From Macrostomum lignano (Eukaryota): 64,000 bases of DNA. Where the stretch lies: positions 40,780-104,779 of the forward strand of contig NIVC01003307.1 of the NCBI GenBank assembly GCA_002269645.1. Reading direction: 5' to 3'. How positions within the stretch are numbered: position 1 is the first letter of the stretch; each line of letters opens with the position of its first letter. Below, piece by piece: positions 38,259 through 48,612 of the stretch. The position numbers and the translations under genes are program-made. The notes under the pieces are model-generated. The model was not told the DNA's origin and searched no databases. It worked only from the letters and a program-made list of their open reading frames with translations.

Positions 38259-38514
38259 CATCAGGAGCGGCCTGGAAATATCCCATAGAGTCAAAGTCTG
38301 GCTCAGTCCGCTCCAGCAGCAGACTAAGCCGGTCCCATCTCAACCGGCTGCACTCGCGATGAAAGTCGAAGTGCTCGTAGCGGAGACCATCAAAACGGCG
38401 AGTCACCTCTGTCAGGCTGCACATCCGGCTGAACTGGGCGCACAGTTCGCGTTCTTTGCCTACGGCGTCTAATAAATTGACAATTACCTGGTTGCCATAG
38501 CAACGGGTGAACAC
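38259..38514 (-). CDS. SACM1L: SAC1 exon 5
   Basis: VFTRCYGNQVIVNLL...YEHFDFHRECSRLRWDRLSLLL; phase-0 acceptor TTTCAG and phase-1 donor GTGAGC. Confidence 0.93.
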
Positions 38515-38585
38515 CTGAAAGAAATTAGGCTAATATATTTATATTGTTAGTCAGCAAAAAATAACAATATTTTTGCATTGCGCAG

Positions 38586-38671
38586 CCTCCATCAGCAGCA
38601 AATTATAAGTTTGCAGCATATTGCTAATAGTAGTTGCAATCAGATGAAACACGGATTGACATCATTGGAAG
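38586..38671 (-). ncRNA. Box C/D snoRNA, copy 1 (guide UCCGUGUUUCA, antisense to 28S rRNA UGAAACACGGA)
   Basis: Minus strand: CTTCCA stem, box C ATGATGT, guide TCCGTGTTTCAT, D' CTGA, ..., box D CTGA, TGGAGG stem. It ends ~70 nt from the 3' splice site. Confidence 0.85.
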
Positions 38672-38789
38672 ACTGACAGCTGAGTTATATATCAGGCCTA
38701 ATCTATCTTTTATAGATTAGACTTATATATTAGATTATAGATAGATTACGGGATAAGAGTTATTAGGATTAGGCTGAGACTAAGGATTA

Positions 38790-39925
38790 GGAACAGGATC
38801 TTTGGAATCGGTATTTGGGACTCATGATTGGGATTCTTGGAATCGGTATTTGGGACTCATGATTGGGATTCTTGGAATCGGTATTTGGGACTCATGATTG
38901 GGATTCTTGGAATCGGTATTTGGGACTCATAATTGGGATTCTTGGAATCGGTATTTGGGACTCATGATTGGGATTCTTGGAATCGGTATTTGGGACTCAT
39001 AATTGGGATTCTTGGAATCGGTATTTGGGACTCATAATTGGGATTCTTGGAATCGGTATTTGGGACTCATGATTGGGATCCTTGGAATCGGTATTTGGGA
39101 CTCATAATTGGGATTCTTGGAATCGGTATTTGGGACTCATAATTGGGATTCTTGGAATCGGTATTTGGGACTCATAATTGGGATTCTTGGAATCGGTATT
39201 GGGGACTCATAATTGGGATTCTTGGAATCGGTATTTGGGACTCATGATTGGGATTCTTGGAATCGGTATTTGGGACTCATAATTGGGATTCTTGGAATCG
39301 GTATTGGGGACTCATAATTGGGATTCTTGGAATCGGTATTGGGGACTCATAATTGGGATTCTTGGAATCGGTATTTGGGACTCATAATTGGGATTCTTGG
39401 AATCGGTATTTGGGACTCATAATTGGGATCCTTGGAATCGGTATTTGGGACTCATGATTGGGATTCTTGGAATCGGTATTTGGGACTCATGATTGGGATT
39501 CTTGGAATCGGTATTTGGGACTCATGATTGGGATTCTTGGAATCGGTATTTGGGACTCATGATTGGGATTCTTGGAATCGGTATTTGGGACTCATGATTG
39601 GGATTCTTGGAATCGGTATTTGGGACTCATAATTGGGATTCTTGGAATCGGTATTTGGGACTCATGATTGGGATTCCTGGAATCGGTATTTGGGACTCAT
39701 GATTGGGATTCTTGGAATCGGTATTTGGGACTCATGATTGGGATTCTTGGAATCGGTATTTGGGACTCATGATTGGGATTCTTGGAATCGGTATTTGGGA
39801 CTCATGATTGGGATTCTTGGAATCGGTATTTGGGACTCATGATTGGGATCCTTGGAATCGGTATTGGGGACAAATGATTGGGATTCTTAAAATCGGTGTT
39901 AGGGACTAAGAATTGGGATTCTTAG
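38790..39925. repeat. 35-bp tandem repeat (GGGATTCTTGGAATCGGTATTTGGGACTCATGATT)n between snoRNA copies 1 and 2
   Basis: Direct periodicity, ~32 copies. Confidence 0.95.
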
Positions 39926-40007
39926 GATTGAGAATCAGAACTAGAGAAGAACATTTATCCTCATATATAGCATAAGACTAAGCGACAAATCTCCCATATT
40001 TTTGCAA

Positions 40008-40097
40008 GGTGCTCAGTTATTAAAAATGTCAATCATTGGAGGTCAAAGTGACAGCTCCAATCGGATGAAACACGGATAATCACATCATTGCGGCACC
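40008..40097 (-). ncRNA. Box C/D snoRNA, copy 2
   Basis: GGTGC stem, box C ATGATGT, guide TCCGTGTTTCAT, D' CCGA, TTGGAG..CTCCAA hairpin, C' ATGATT, box D CTGA, GCACC stem. Confidence 0.9.
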
Positions 40098-40150
40098 GCC
40101 CCCCCCCTAAGTCAAGCTACTGTCAGATGGTAAGTAAAACAGGCGCTCAC

Positions 40151-40471
40151 CTGATCGCTAAAATGGGCAACAAACGCATCGAACTGTTTATCCCAATCTT
40201 GACTAACAGTAGGCGCTGGCTTGTACAATAAATTTGGATACTGAGACCAGATTAATGGCACTGAGCCACGAGTCTGGACAAAGCTAAACAGAGTCTGAGC
40301 ATTCGGATTAGCTGTTGGATTAGTCCCAGCTGACGAAGGCACCGACAGAATCTGTTCAGTTTCAACAAAATTAGCCGCGTAGCCATCCTCGTCGAGGCCG
40401 CGTGTGTAGTAGCGGACTCCGGCCCTGTGTCGGGAGCGCCGGCTAATCAGCGCGTAGTCTATGGTCCGGCC
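40151..40471 (-). CDS. SACM1L: SAC1 exon 4
   Basis: [35 protein letters not shown]...[23 protein letters not shown]; phase 0 at both ends. Confidence 0.95.
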
Positions 40472-40789
40472 CTGGCGGCGATTCGGTTTATTATGCCGTT
40501 AATTTACTTGCTTAATAGTAGTGCTACTAACAGTAGCAAGATTAAAATCATTATTATGCAATTGAAATATCTTTTTTGAAATAAAAAATTACGAAACTAG
40601 GCTTACTAAAGCGGTCCTAAGTTTGTCTAAACCTATGCTAGGGTCCTTCTGAGGAAGGGAGCAGATCAGATCAGTATGACTCTCGCGCCACAACTTCTGG
40701 TTCCATTCCACACTGATTTTGGACTTGTATGTGCACGAAAGTTGGCCAAGAGGTTGTTTTGCGATGCCTGGAGATTAGAAAGGCCTCAC

Positions 40790-41310
40790 CTTGAACGGCA
40801 CAGTCCTGACGCAGACAAAGCCGTGCACAACTGGCAGAGCAAATCTTGGAAAGCGTCTCAGCTTAATCAGAGAATTATAATTCCATACAAATCGATCGTC
40901 GGCTCGATCGCACAACGGTGTCGCATCAACAACAGCAGCAGCGGCCGCCGGTGTCGCCATGTAGTCAACCGATTCCGCCGCGTATCGACAGGCGCTTTGA
41001 AGACTGCGACTGAGATCTGTGGTGTAGGAGAAATAATAACCTGGCGTGCGTAGGGACTCGCGAACCAGCTGCAGGTAAATCTCGTTGTCAGCCGCGGCAG
41101 TCTCAGTTAAATGCAGGCTAGATCGGCAATACGGCAAAATGTCCGCAGACTCTACACGCCACAGACTGTGACCGCGCAGGTTGCCGACATGCCGACGGGC
41201 CTGCACTATCAACAGGTGAGGGCCAGACAGCAGCTGCAGGACGCCCCACAGGCCGTAGATTGTCGTCGGTGGTGTACCAACGATGAGGCGGGAGACAGCG
41301 GATGAGTCCA
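40790..41310 (-). CDS. SACM1L: SAC1 exon 3
   Basis: IYGLWGVLQLLSGPHLLIV...YYFSYTTDLSRSLQ...RADDRFVWN...FALPVVHGF; phase-1 acceptor ACCCAG and phase-0 donor GTGAGG. Confidence 0.93.
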
Positions 41311-41414
41311 CTGGGTTGGCGAGTGGTTGTGGGATTAGGATTAGGAATGAGAGGCAGTGGAAATTCTAAATTTCTAGCTGCTTGATCTTTGCATTTCTTT
41401 CTTTCTTTTGTGAG

Positions 41415-41915
41415 ATATGGAATTCGAAATTGAGATCGGGATTATCGAGAGTGAGATAAGGAATTCGGGATTAGAGATCGGGATTATTGAGAGTGAGATA
41501 GGGAATTCGGGATTAGAGATCGGGATTATTGAGAGTGAAATAGGGAATTCGGGATTAGAGATCAGAATTATCGAGAGTGAGAGGGAATTCAGGATTAGAG
41601 AATGGGATTATCGAGAGTGAGATAAGGAATTTAGGATTAGAGATCGGGATTATCGAGTGAGATAAGGAACTCGGGATTAGCGATCGGGATTATCGAGAGT
41701 GAGATAAGGAACTCGGGATTAGAGATCGGGATTATCGAGAGTGAGATAAGGAACTCGGGATTAGAGATCGGGATTATCGAGAGTGAGATAAGGAACTCGG
41801 GATTAGAGATCGGGATTATCGAGAGTGAGATAAGGAATTCGGGATTAGAGATCGGGATTATCGAGAGTGAGATAAGGAATTCGGGATTATCGAGAGTGAG
41901 ATAAGGAATTCTAAT
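41415..41915. repeat. 42-bp tandem repeat in SAC1 intron 2
   Basis: Unit GAGATCGGGATTATCGAGAGTGAGATAAGGAATTCGGGATTA. Confidence 0.93.
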
Positions 41916-41946
41916 CGGGGACTTAAATCCTTCTCAGAGCAGCGTT

Positions 41947-42039
41947 GTGACATCAGCAGATATCGAATATTGTCACTCATTGGAAGCCATGAAAGACTGC
42001 TCCATCGGATGAAACACGGATGTACACATCATTTGGCAC
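41947..42039 (-). ncRNA. Box C/D snoRNA, copy 3
   Basis: GTGCCA/TGTCAC stem, box C ATGATGT, guide TCCGTGTTTCAT, D' CCGA, TGGAGC..CTTCCA hairpin, C' ATGAGT, box D CTGA. Confidence 0.88.
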
Positions 42040-42099
42040 TGCTGTTAAATAGTAAACACCCCCTGCCCTAATTTCGTTAAACAGTACAGAAAGTTGGTA

Positions 42100-42203
42100 A
42101 ATCAGCGCTCAGCAAAAAAATTTAATGTCAATCAGTAGGAGAGCCAGGAAACCAGCTGATCCGCACATCTGATGAAACACGGAAAGACATCACTGCACTG
42201 ATT
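42100..42203 (-). ncRNA. Box C/D snoRNA, copy 4
   Basis: 9-bp stem AATCAGTGC/GCGCTGATT, box C GTGATGT, guide TCCGTGTTTCAT, D' CAGA, C' CTGATT, box D CTGA. Confidence 0.88.
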
Positions 42204-42258
42204 GCTTGTGAATTAGACATATCAATATTCTGCTTGTAAAAAAATACTGTCTACTTAC

Positions 42259-42350
42259 TAGTGATTGACATATCGCCTGTCTGCCTGTCAATAATAAGCG
42301 TTTCCAGGCCATTGTGCGGCTGAATAACAAACTTATCTGGGGTGTTGAAC
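42259..42350 (-). CDS. SACM1L: SAC1 exon 2
   Basis: FNTPDKFVIQPHNGLETLIIDRQTGDMSIT (compare SAC1 ITPEKFYVE...LTIDR); phase-2 acceptor TCACAG and phase-1 donor GTAAGT. Confidence 0.88.
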
Positions 42351-43166
42351 CTGTGAGTCAATTTTGAACAAGTAGAATAATATAGTAGAAGAAATACTTG
42401 AATCAAAAGTTTTGTACAGATATAAAAAGAAACAATGCCTTGTCTTGTCATCTAATTAGCACTATGTCTATATTTTTGAGTTGGCATTTTTGCAACTTAC
42501 CTTGGCCAGACCTCTTGCCTCCTGGCCAAATAAGCCAGGTTGGCTGGGTGTTGGGCATGTATATGTTAACACTATTAATCTTCTTGCTATTTTAAATATA
42601 CATATAATATATTTTTTCTTATTAATAATCAATATTTCTTAAAATTAAAATAGCTTACTTTACAAAGAATATATCATATAAAAGAACAAAAGTTGATTCT
42701 TTGTTTTATACTATAAAAATGTTATCAAATTTTATTATTAAAATGCCTAGTAATAGATTCAAACCAATTTTCCTTAGCTAAAAATTTTAAAGCCTATGGA
42801 ACTAGTATCCCAATAAATAACAACCATTTTTAAACAATTACTAGGCCCTAGCCATACACTTGAAGATGTTGTTTTTGAGGGAAAATTCAAAGTGTTTAAC
42901 AATATCAAATTTTTGCAATTTTTATCAAGAATTGATGTTAAGCCCAATTAGCATCTAATAGGCCTATTTTCACTTTTCTATTAGCACTAATACACCATTT
43001 TACCTCCAATTTTGAACAAAGTCTTCTTCAAAAGGAACAAGCAGAACTTCAATTCAAACACTTAGCTGGAAGAAGATGGAATCAGTGAATTTGAAGCAGA
43101 ATTCAATGAAGATATCATGGAACAACAGCCTTGGCAGTGCGCTATTGTAAGCAACAGTGACAGAGA

Positions 43167-43358
43167 CAGGGGCATAGCCAGGAATTTCCTATGGGGGGGG
43201 GATACACCAAGGTGAATTTTCTACAGGGGGATACACCAAGGTAAAACTACCATGACAGAGTCACATGGTAGCGTGTATAGCAACAAAGGGCAACAAGAAA
43301 GTTTTGGTCAGGCTCTTTGGGGGGATACATCCCCATATCCCCCCTCCCTACACCCTTG
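43167..43358. mobile_element. Possible short MITE relic
   Basis: CAGGGGCATAG start and CTACACCCTTG end form an imperfect ~11-bp inverted pair; G/C-run subterminal motifs; no convincing TSD. Confidence 0.3.
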
Positions 43359-44241
43359 GACCATATCATCAGGGCTGTTGATTGTGGGGATGACTTTGTG
43401 GCCCGTTAGAAAAGTTATGCACCTGCAGAGGCATAAAAGGTGAGCAAGGTGCACAAAAGAGGCACTTTAGTGGCCTATTTTGTGTGTGCTTTAGAAATGC
43501 CCTGAGTGCACCTTTTTGCCTAAATGTCATCAATATTTTTGAAAAGAGGCATAAAAGTTGTAAAATTGGTGAAGTGGTTAGGCAGTAGGTGAATTCTTAA
43601 TTTTGATTGGTTGCAGCAATAGGGGCAGTAAAGGTGTGGTGCATAAGGGGCACTGGAAGTGCACAAAAGGTAAACAGCAGGCTCACAAGTGAGGCACAGC
43701 AGGTGAAGGAAAGGTGCTAAAAGGGCACAGAAAGTGCATGAAAGGTGAATTAGAGGTGCATAAGGTGTACATGTGTGGCATAAATATGTATACAAGTGCA
43801 TTTCCAAAACACGCTTGAAAAAGACCCCTTAAGTGCCTCTTTTATGCACTTTGCTTATAAATATTTTTATTATTACTGCATCCAAAATTTTAGTGAATAA
43901 ACAAAACCTTTTACAAAACAAGGATTTGTAGAATATCAGGAAATTACACTTAGGATTTATTAAAAAATGGAGGCCAATTTCCAAATGTTGCTTCTGACTT
44001 TTCAGAATTTTTTATGAAGAAAATTTTTGTCTAATAGATGAATCACAATGAGTAGAATGCTTTAGGCAACTTTAGTTTGCTTGGGTCATTCTTGTTATCC
44101 TACTTGTATTATGCTATAGTTTTATAGCAGCTATACTTTAAACATACTTTAAACAAGGATGTTTATTGTTCTGGATGTGTCTTGTTTCAGCATTAGTAGT
44201 TACCAATAATTATACTTTATTCTATGATTCTATTAGTATAT

Positions 44242-47200
44242 TGTGGTGTTCGTGTGGCCAAGCAATCTAAAGTTTCTCTTGGCGGTCGTGTGTATTATAA
44301 AGAATAGAATACTCTCTATGGTACAAGCATAGATAAATGAAATGAATAGTCAGTCTGGGGATACCACATCCCTCCACCTTTAGTAAAATCAGTTCATTGT
44401 AGGGAAACGAACTGGCCTCCTCAGTACAGTCTGTGGTCGGAGTCCACTTCTGTGCATTGTTCTTGGATCACACTGTGGTATTTCGGATGCGTCCCTCTTT
44501 TCTCGCTGACTGTCGCTCATTCCTCCTCCACCAGAAAACGTTACCAGAGCCTTGTCAGATTCTGTGTCTGGGAATATCTTTCTGGCCTTGTTAACGTGGC
44601 ACTTCTTGATTGTGCCACTTTTGTTCTCCAGGATCAGCAGTCCTCCGACTTGCTTCCTTACATAGTATTGCTGTGTACCAAAAAAACTATCGTACTTGTT
44701 CTTTGCTTCCCTTTCAATCACTACTGTGTCACCTGTTTTGATGTCGCAGTCACGAGCGTTCCGATTAGCGTAGTTGGACATTTTTCTTTTGTAGTCGGCG
44801 TCTTTATCTTTCTGCTTAATCAAAGGATCTATTGTCTCGTTGTTCATTTGAGGAAGTTTTGTCCGCGTGCTCCACTGAAAGAAAAGGTTTGCTGGCGCTA
44901 CGCCTGTTGCTCTCATTGGTGTTGTTCTGTAGGTGTGCAAAAAGATTTGCAATTCCTCTTCAAAACTTGATCCATTCAAAATTCTGGATCTTCTGATGAC
45001 TTTGTTCAATGTTTCATTGAATCTTTCCACCTCCCCATTTGCTGCTGGGTGACGCAGAATTATCCGAGAGTGAATGACGCCTTGACTGTTAAGATATTCG
45101 TCAACAACTTTTGAACAGAAATTTGTTCCGTTGTCTGAGACGAGTTCTTTCATTGGTCCAAATAGTGATATCACTTTCTTTAGAATTTGCACTACGTCGC
45201 TTGCTTCTGTGCGCTTCATGATGAACACTAGAGGAAATCTCGAGTGGTAGTCGATGAAAACTAGCAGGTTGCTACCATTCGGAAGTGGTCCTTTGAAGTC
45301 CATTGCCACTTTGTCCCACGGCTTATCCGGAATTTCCGTTGGCACAATTGGGATCCGACTTCCTTTTTTTGTTGTGTGGATACACACATTGCATTTCTTG
45401 CAAAAGATCTCCACGTCTTTGCTTATACCAGGCCAAAATATGGTACTTTGCAGTCATTCTTTAGCTTTGGAAATGCCTTGATGTCCTTCATGGGCAATTA
45501 ACAGAGCTTTTTGTCGCAGACTCTTCGGCAAGACAATGCGGTCTTTGTACAGGAGAATTCCATTCTGCTCCGATAGTTTATTTCTTTCTGCAAATAGTTT
45601 GTTGTGCTTTTTCCATGTTTCTCCTGATACTATTGATTCCAGTGCCTCGACAATTTCATCATCAATCGCAGAATCTTTTCGGATCTGCTCTAAGCTCAGA
45701 GCTATGCTTACTGCGCATTCAAGTTTGCTGTTAATGAATGCAATGTCGCGTCGATTGCAGAGTGTGTCGTTTGGTGTTTTCACCGGTTGTCTTGACAAAA
45801 TATCTGCCTCATTGGTGTCGCCTGGTTTATATTTTATCTTAAAGTTGAATGGCTGCAATCTCATTGCCCAACGCTCAATTCTTGGTGGTGGTTTTGAGTT
45901 CGATGCAAAACATCCGAGTAGAGGTTTATGATCCGTTATTATGGTAAATTCGGCTGCTCCTTTGAGAAAGTGAGAAAATTTATCGCATCCCCATTTAATT
46001 GCCAATGCTTCTCGCTCGATTTGACTATATCGAGTCTCCACGTCTGTGAGAGTTCTACTGGCATAGCAAACTGGCTGTAGATTTCCATCTTTCTGCCGCT
46101 GAACCAAGATTGCACCAAGACTGACAGGACTAGCGTCTACTCGCAGCTGAGTTTCTCGCCCTGTTCCAAAGTACGCGAGCGTTTCCGTTAAGCTGATCGC
46201 TGCTTTGATGCTATTGAAAGAATTTTCTTGTTCTGGACCCTATTCCCAGGTTTTTCCTTTCTTTGTGAGGTCATTCAGAGGCTTCGACAAGGTTGCTAGG
46301 TTTGGTACGAATTGAGCAACAAATTGTGCTAGACCAAGAAACGATTTAACTTCACTTGGATTGCACGGTGGTTTGAACATTTGAATAGCTTCCGTTTTCT
46401 TCTCGTGGATAGTTATTCCCTTCTCAGTTAGAATAAATCCCATAAAAGTAGCTTTACTCATTCCAAATTTGCATTTTTCCTTTCCAACGGTCATGCCATT
46501 CTTCACGAGCCTTGCTAAGACCTGCTTTAGCCTGTTGTTGTGTTCCTTGATGTCCTTTCCATACACAATTATATCATCCTGAATATTTAGCAGTCCTTGT
46601 AAACCAGCCAAAACTTTTGTCATGTAGGCTTGAAGATAGAATGACGAGTTGACCCAACCCATTGGCAATCATTTGTACCTGTATAGCGGTTGTCCAGGGA
46701 TTCCTGTTGAGAATGTTGTCAGATGTCTAGATTCACTGTCCAGTTCAATTTGATGGAACATTTTCTTGCCATCAATGTAGCTGAAGCAGCTTGCTTCTCC
46801 CATATTGGTGAGCTGATCATCCAGAGATGGGATAGGAAATTGTAGCTTTTCCGTTGCCTCGTTTAAGTTTCGTAAGTCAATGGTCAGTCGTACCTTACCA
46901 GTCTTTCCTTTTGGGACGACAACGAGCCGCGAAAGCCATGCACTGGGACCATCAACTTTCTCTATGATTCCTGAGTTTTCCTGCTCTTCCAGTTCTTGTA
47001 GGAGTGCTTCTCTGAGATGGGCAGCTACTCTTGTTATCGATTGTGATGTCGGCATGCTTCCTTCCTTCAGAGCAATGGTCACTGCTGGCTGCATGGTCAA
47101 TCTACCAACTCCCTGAAATACCTCCTGATGATCTTTCAGAATTCGTTCGATTTCTTCGTTTTTCTTCTCAATCTGATTGATCGTTATCTGCAGCAAATTC

Positions 47201-48612
47201 AAATCGATGCTGTCTTGACATCCGAGTATTGTCTCAGCGTTGATACCACACGTCACGATAAATTTGATTTGCTTCCCTGAGTCTCCAGCCATCACAACCA
47301 GTGTTGTTGTTCCCAAGACTTCCAGCGCCTTTTTCGACATATAGGCATATAGTCTTGGCTTTTCTGATCTGTTTAGGACGGTATCCTTTGACTTCACCGA
47401 CTCCCACAATTTCATACTTATCAAACTTGCTGAAGATCCGGAGTCAATGAGCACTGTACTCTCAATACCATTGATCTTCACTTTGGCTCTTGCGCCTGCT
47501 GATTCCTTCGATTCAGTCATAGCGACAGTGTTGATCTCTTCATCATTCGGTTTGTTGTTGCCATTTTGCTCTTCCGGTTGCTCAGATATCTGAATATTTC
47601 TGGTTTTTATTCTGCTCCCTGTCTTTAGACATAGTCTACATGCTTGCTTGATGTGCCCTTTCTTATGGCAAAATTTGCATTCCATGTTACGAGCGAAGCA
47701 ATCCCAGGGACGGTGACCTGTTCTGTTGCATCTGTAGCAGACTCGATCAAACTTGTTGGTGTTTGGAGTTGATGTCCGCTTGTCAGTCTGTAGCTTGTTA
47801 GTTGGTCTGTTGTCGATTTTGCTGACCGTGTTGCGCGCCTCATTGGTTGGTTTTTCAATGTCTTTAGCCTGCGTTTTTGTTGCTTCAAAATTCTTGCTGA
47901 TTTCTACTGCCTTCTTTAAGGTGAGGTCAGAGCCTTCCTTTAGCAGCAGAGTCCTTAGCGGCTTTGACGTGCTCTTTAGGACTATCAGATCGCATAGCAG
48001 ACGATCCTCAAAGCTGAGCTTCACTGTACTCTCGTTTCCTCCAGGCTTGTACTTGACGTGCAAGTTGCAGTACTTTGCTGCACTTTTTAGACGACTGTAG
48101 AAGGAATCAAACGTTTCTCCCTCTATCTGGCTAACTGACAGCAGCTTGTAAGTCTCATGGACACTATTGGTTGCACCTTGGAATAGAGAGCTGAGCGCTT
48201 CCTTCGTTGCTTTGTAGCCTTGTTCATAGCTTACGGTTTGCAACAGCTTTCGGATTTTCGGCCCTGCTAGAAGCAAGAATGTAGCTTGCTTCTTTTCGTC
48301 GGCTATTCCTTGCACTTCCATGAACAGCTCGACTTCCTGCACATACTCGTTCCACTTATCTGCATTGTTGAGCAGATCTTCGTCTGGATCGAAATGCCCA
48401 ATGCTGTAGAACTGTGCTGAGGCCATCCTGCGAGGTATTTTCTCAATAGTACATCCGTAGCTTTTCTCTTTTCACCGTTGCCACCAATGTGGTGTTCGTG
48501 TGGCCAAGCAATCTAAAGTTTCTCTTGGCGGTGGCGTGTATTATAAAGAATAGAATATTCTATGGTACAAGCATAGATAAATGAAATGAATAGTCAGTCT
48601 GGGGATACCACA
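44242..48612 (-). mobile_element. Full-length Ty3/Gypsy LTR retrotransposon (probably Mag-like) in SAC1 intron 1
   Basis: LTRs at 44242-44368 and 48488-48612 (TG...CA); TSD TATAT; PBS TGGTGGCAACGGTG (48473-48486, probably tRNA-Leu); PPT AAAGGTGGAGGGA next to the 3' LTR; domain order gag-PR-RT-RNH-INT. Confidence 0.95.
44389..48426 (-). pseudogene. Single-frame gag-pol of the Gypsy element with three in-frame nonsense codons
   Basis: Two CCHC knuckles (CYRCNRTGHRPWDC, CKFCHKKGHIKQAC); protease LIDSGSS; RT IQDDII; RNase H DASPVSLGA/YASRTL/TDHKPL; integrase DFKGP..DNG..EVERFN. Stops at 46669-71 (YK*LPMG), 46240-42 (WE*GPE) and 45454-56 (KE*LQS), all in the same frame. Confidence 0.9.

Noticed and set aside
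40620-40780. Possible H/ACA snoRNA in SAC1 intron 3 (ATACAA hinge, ATCAGTGTG/CATACTGAT stem)
   Set aside because: The second hairpin and ACA position do not fit the canonical geometry; not supportable without folding software.
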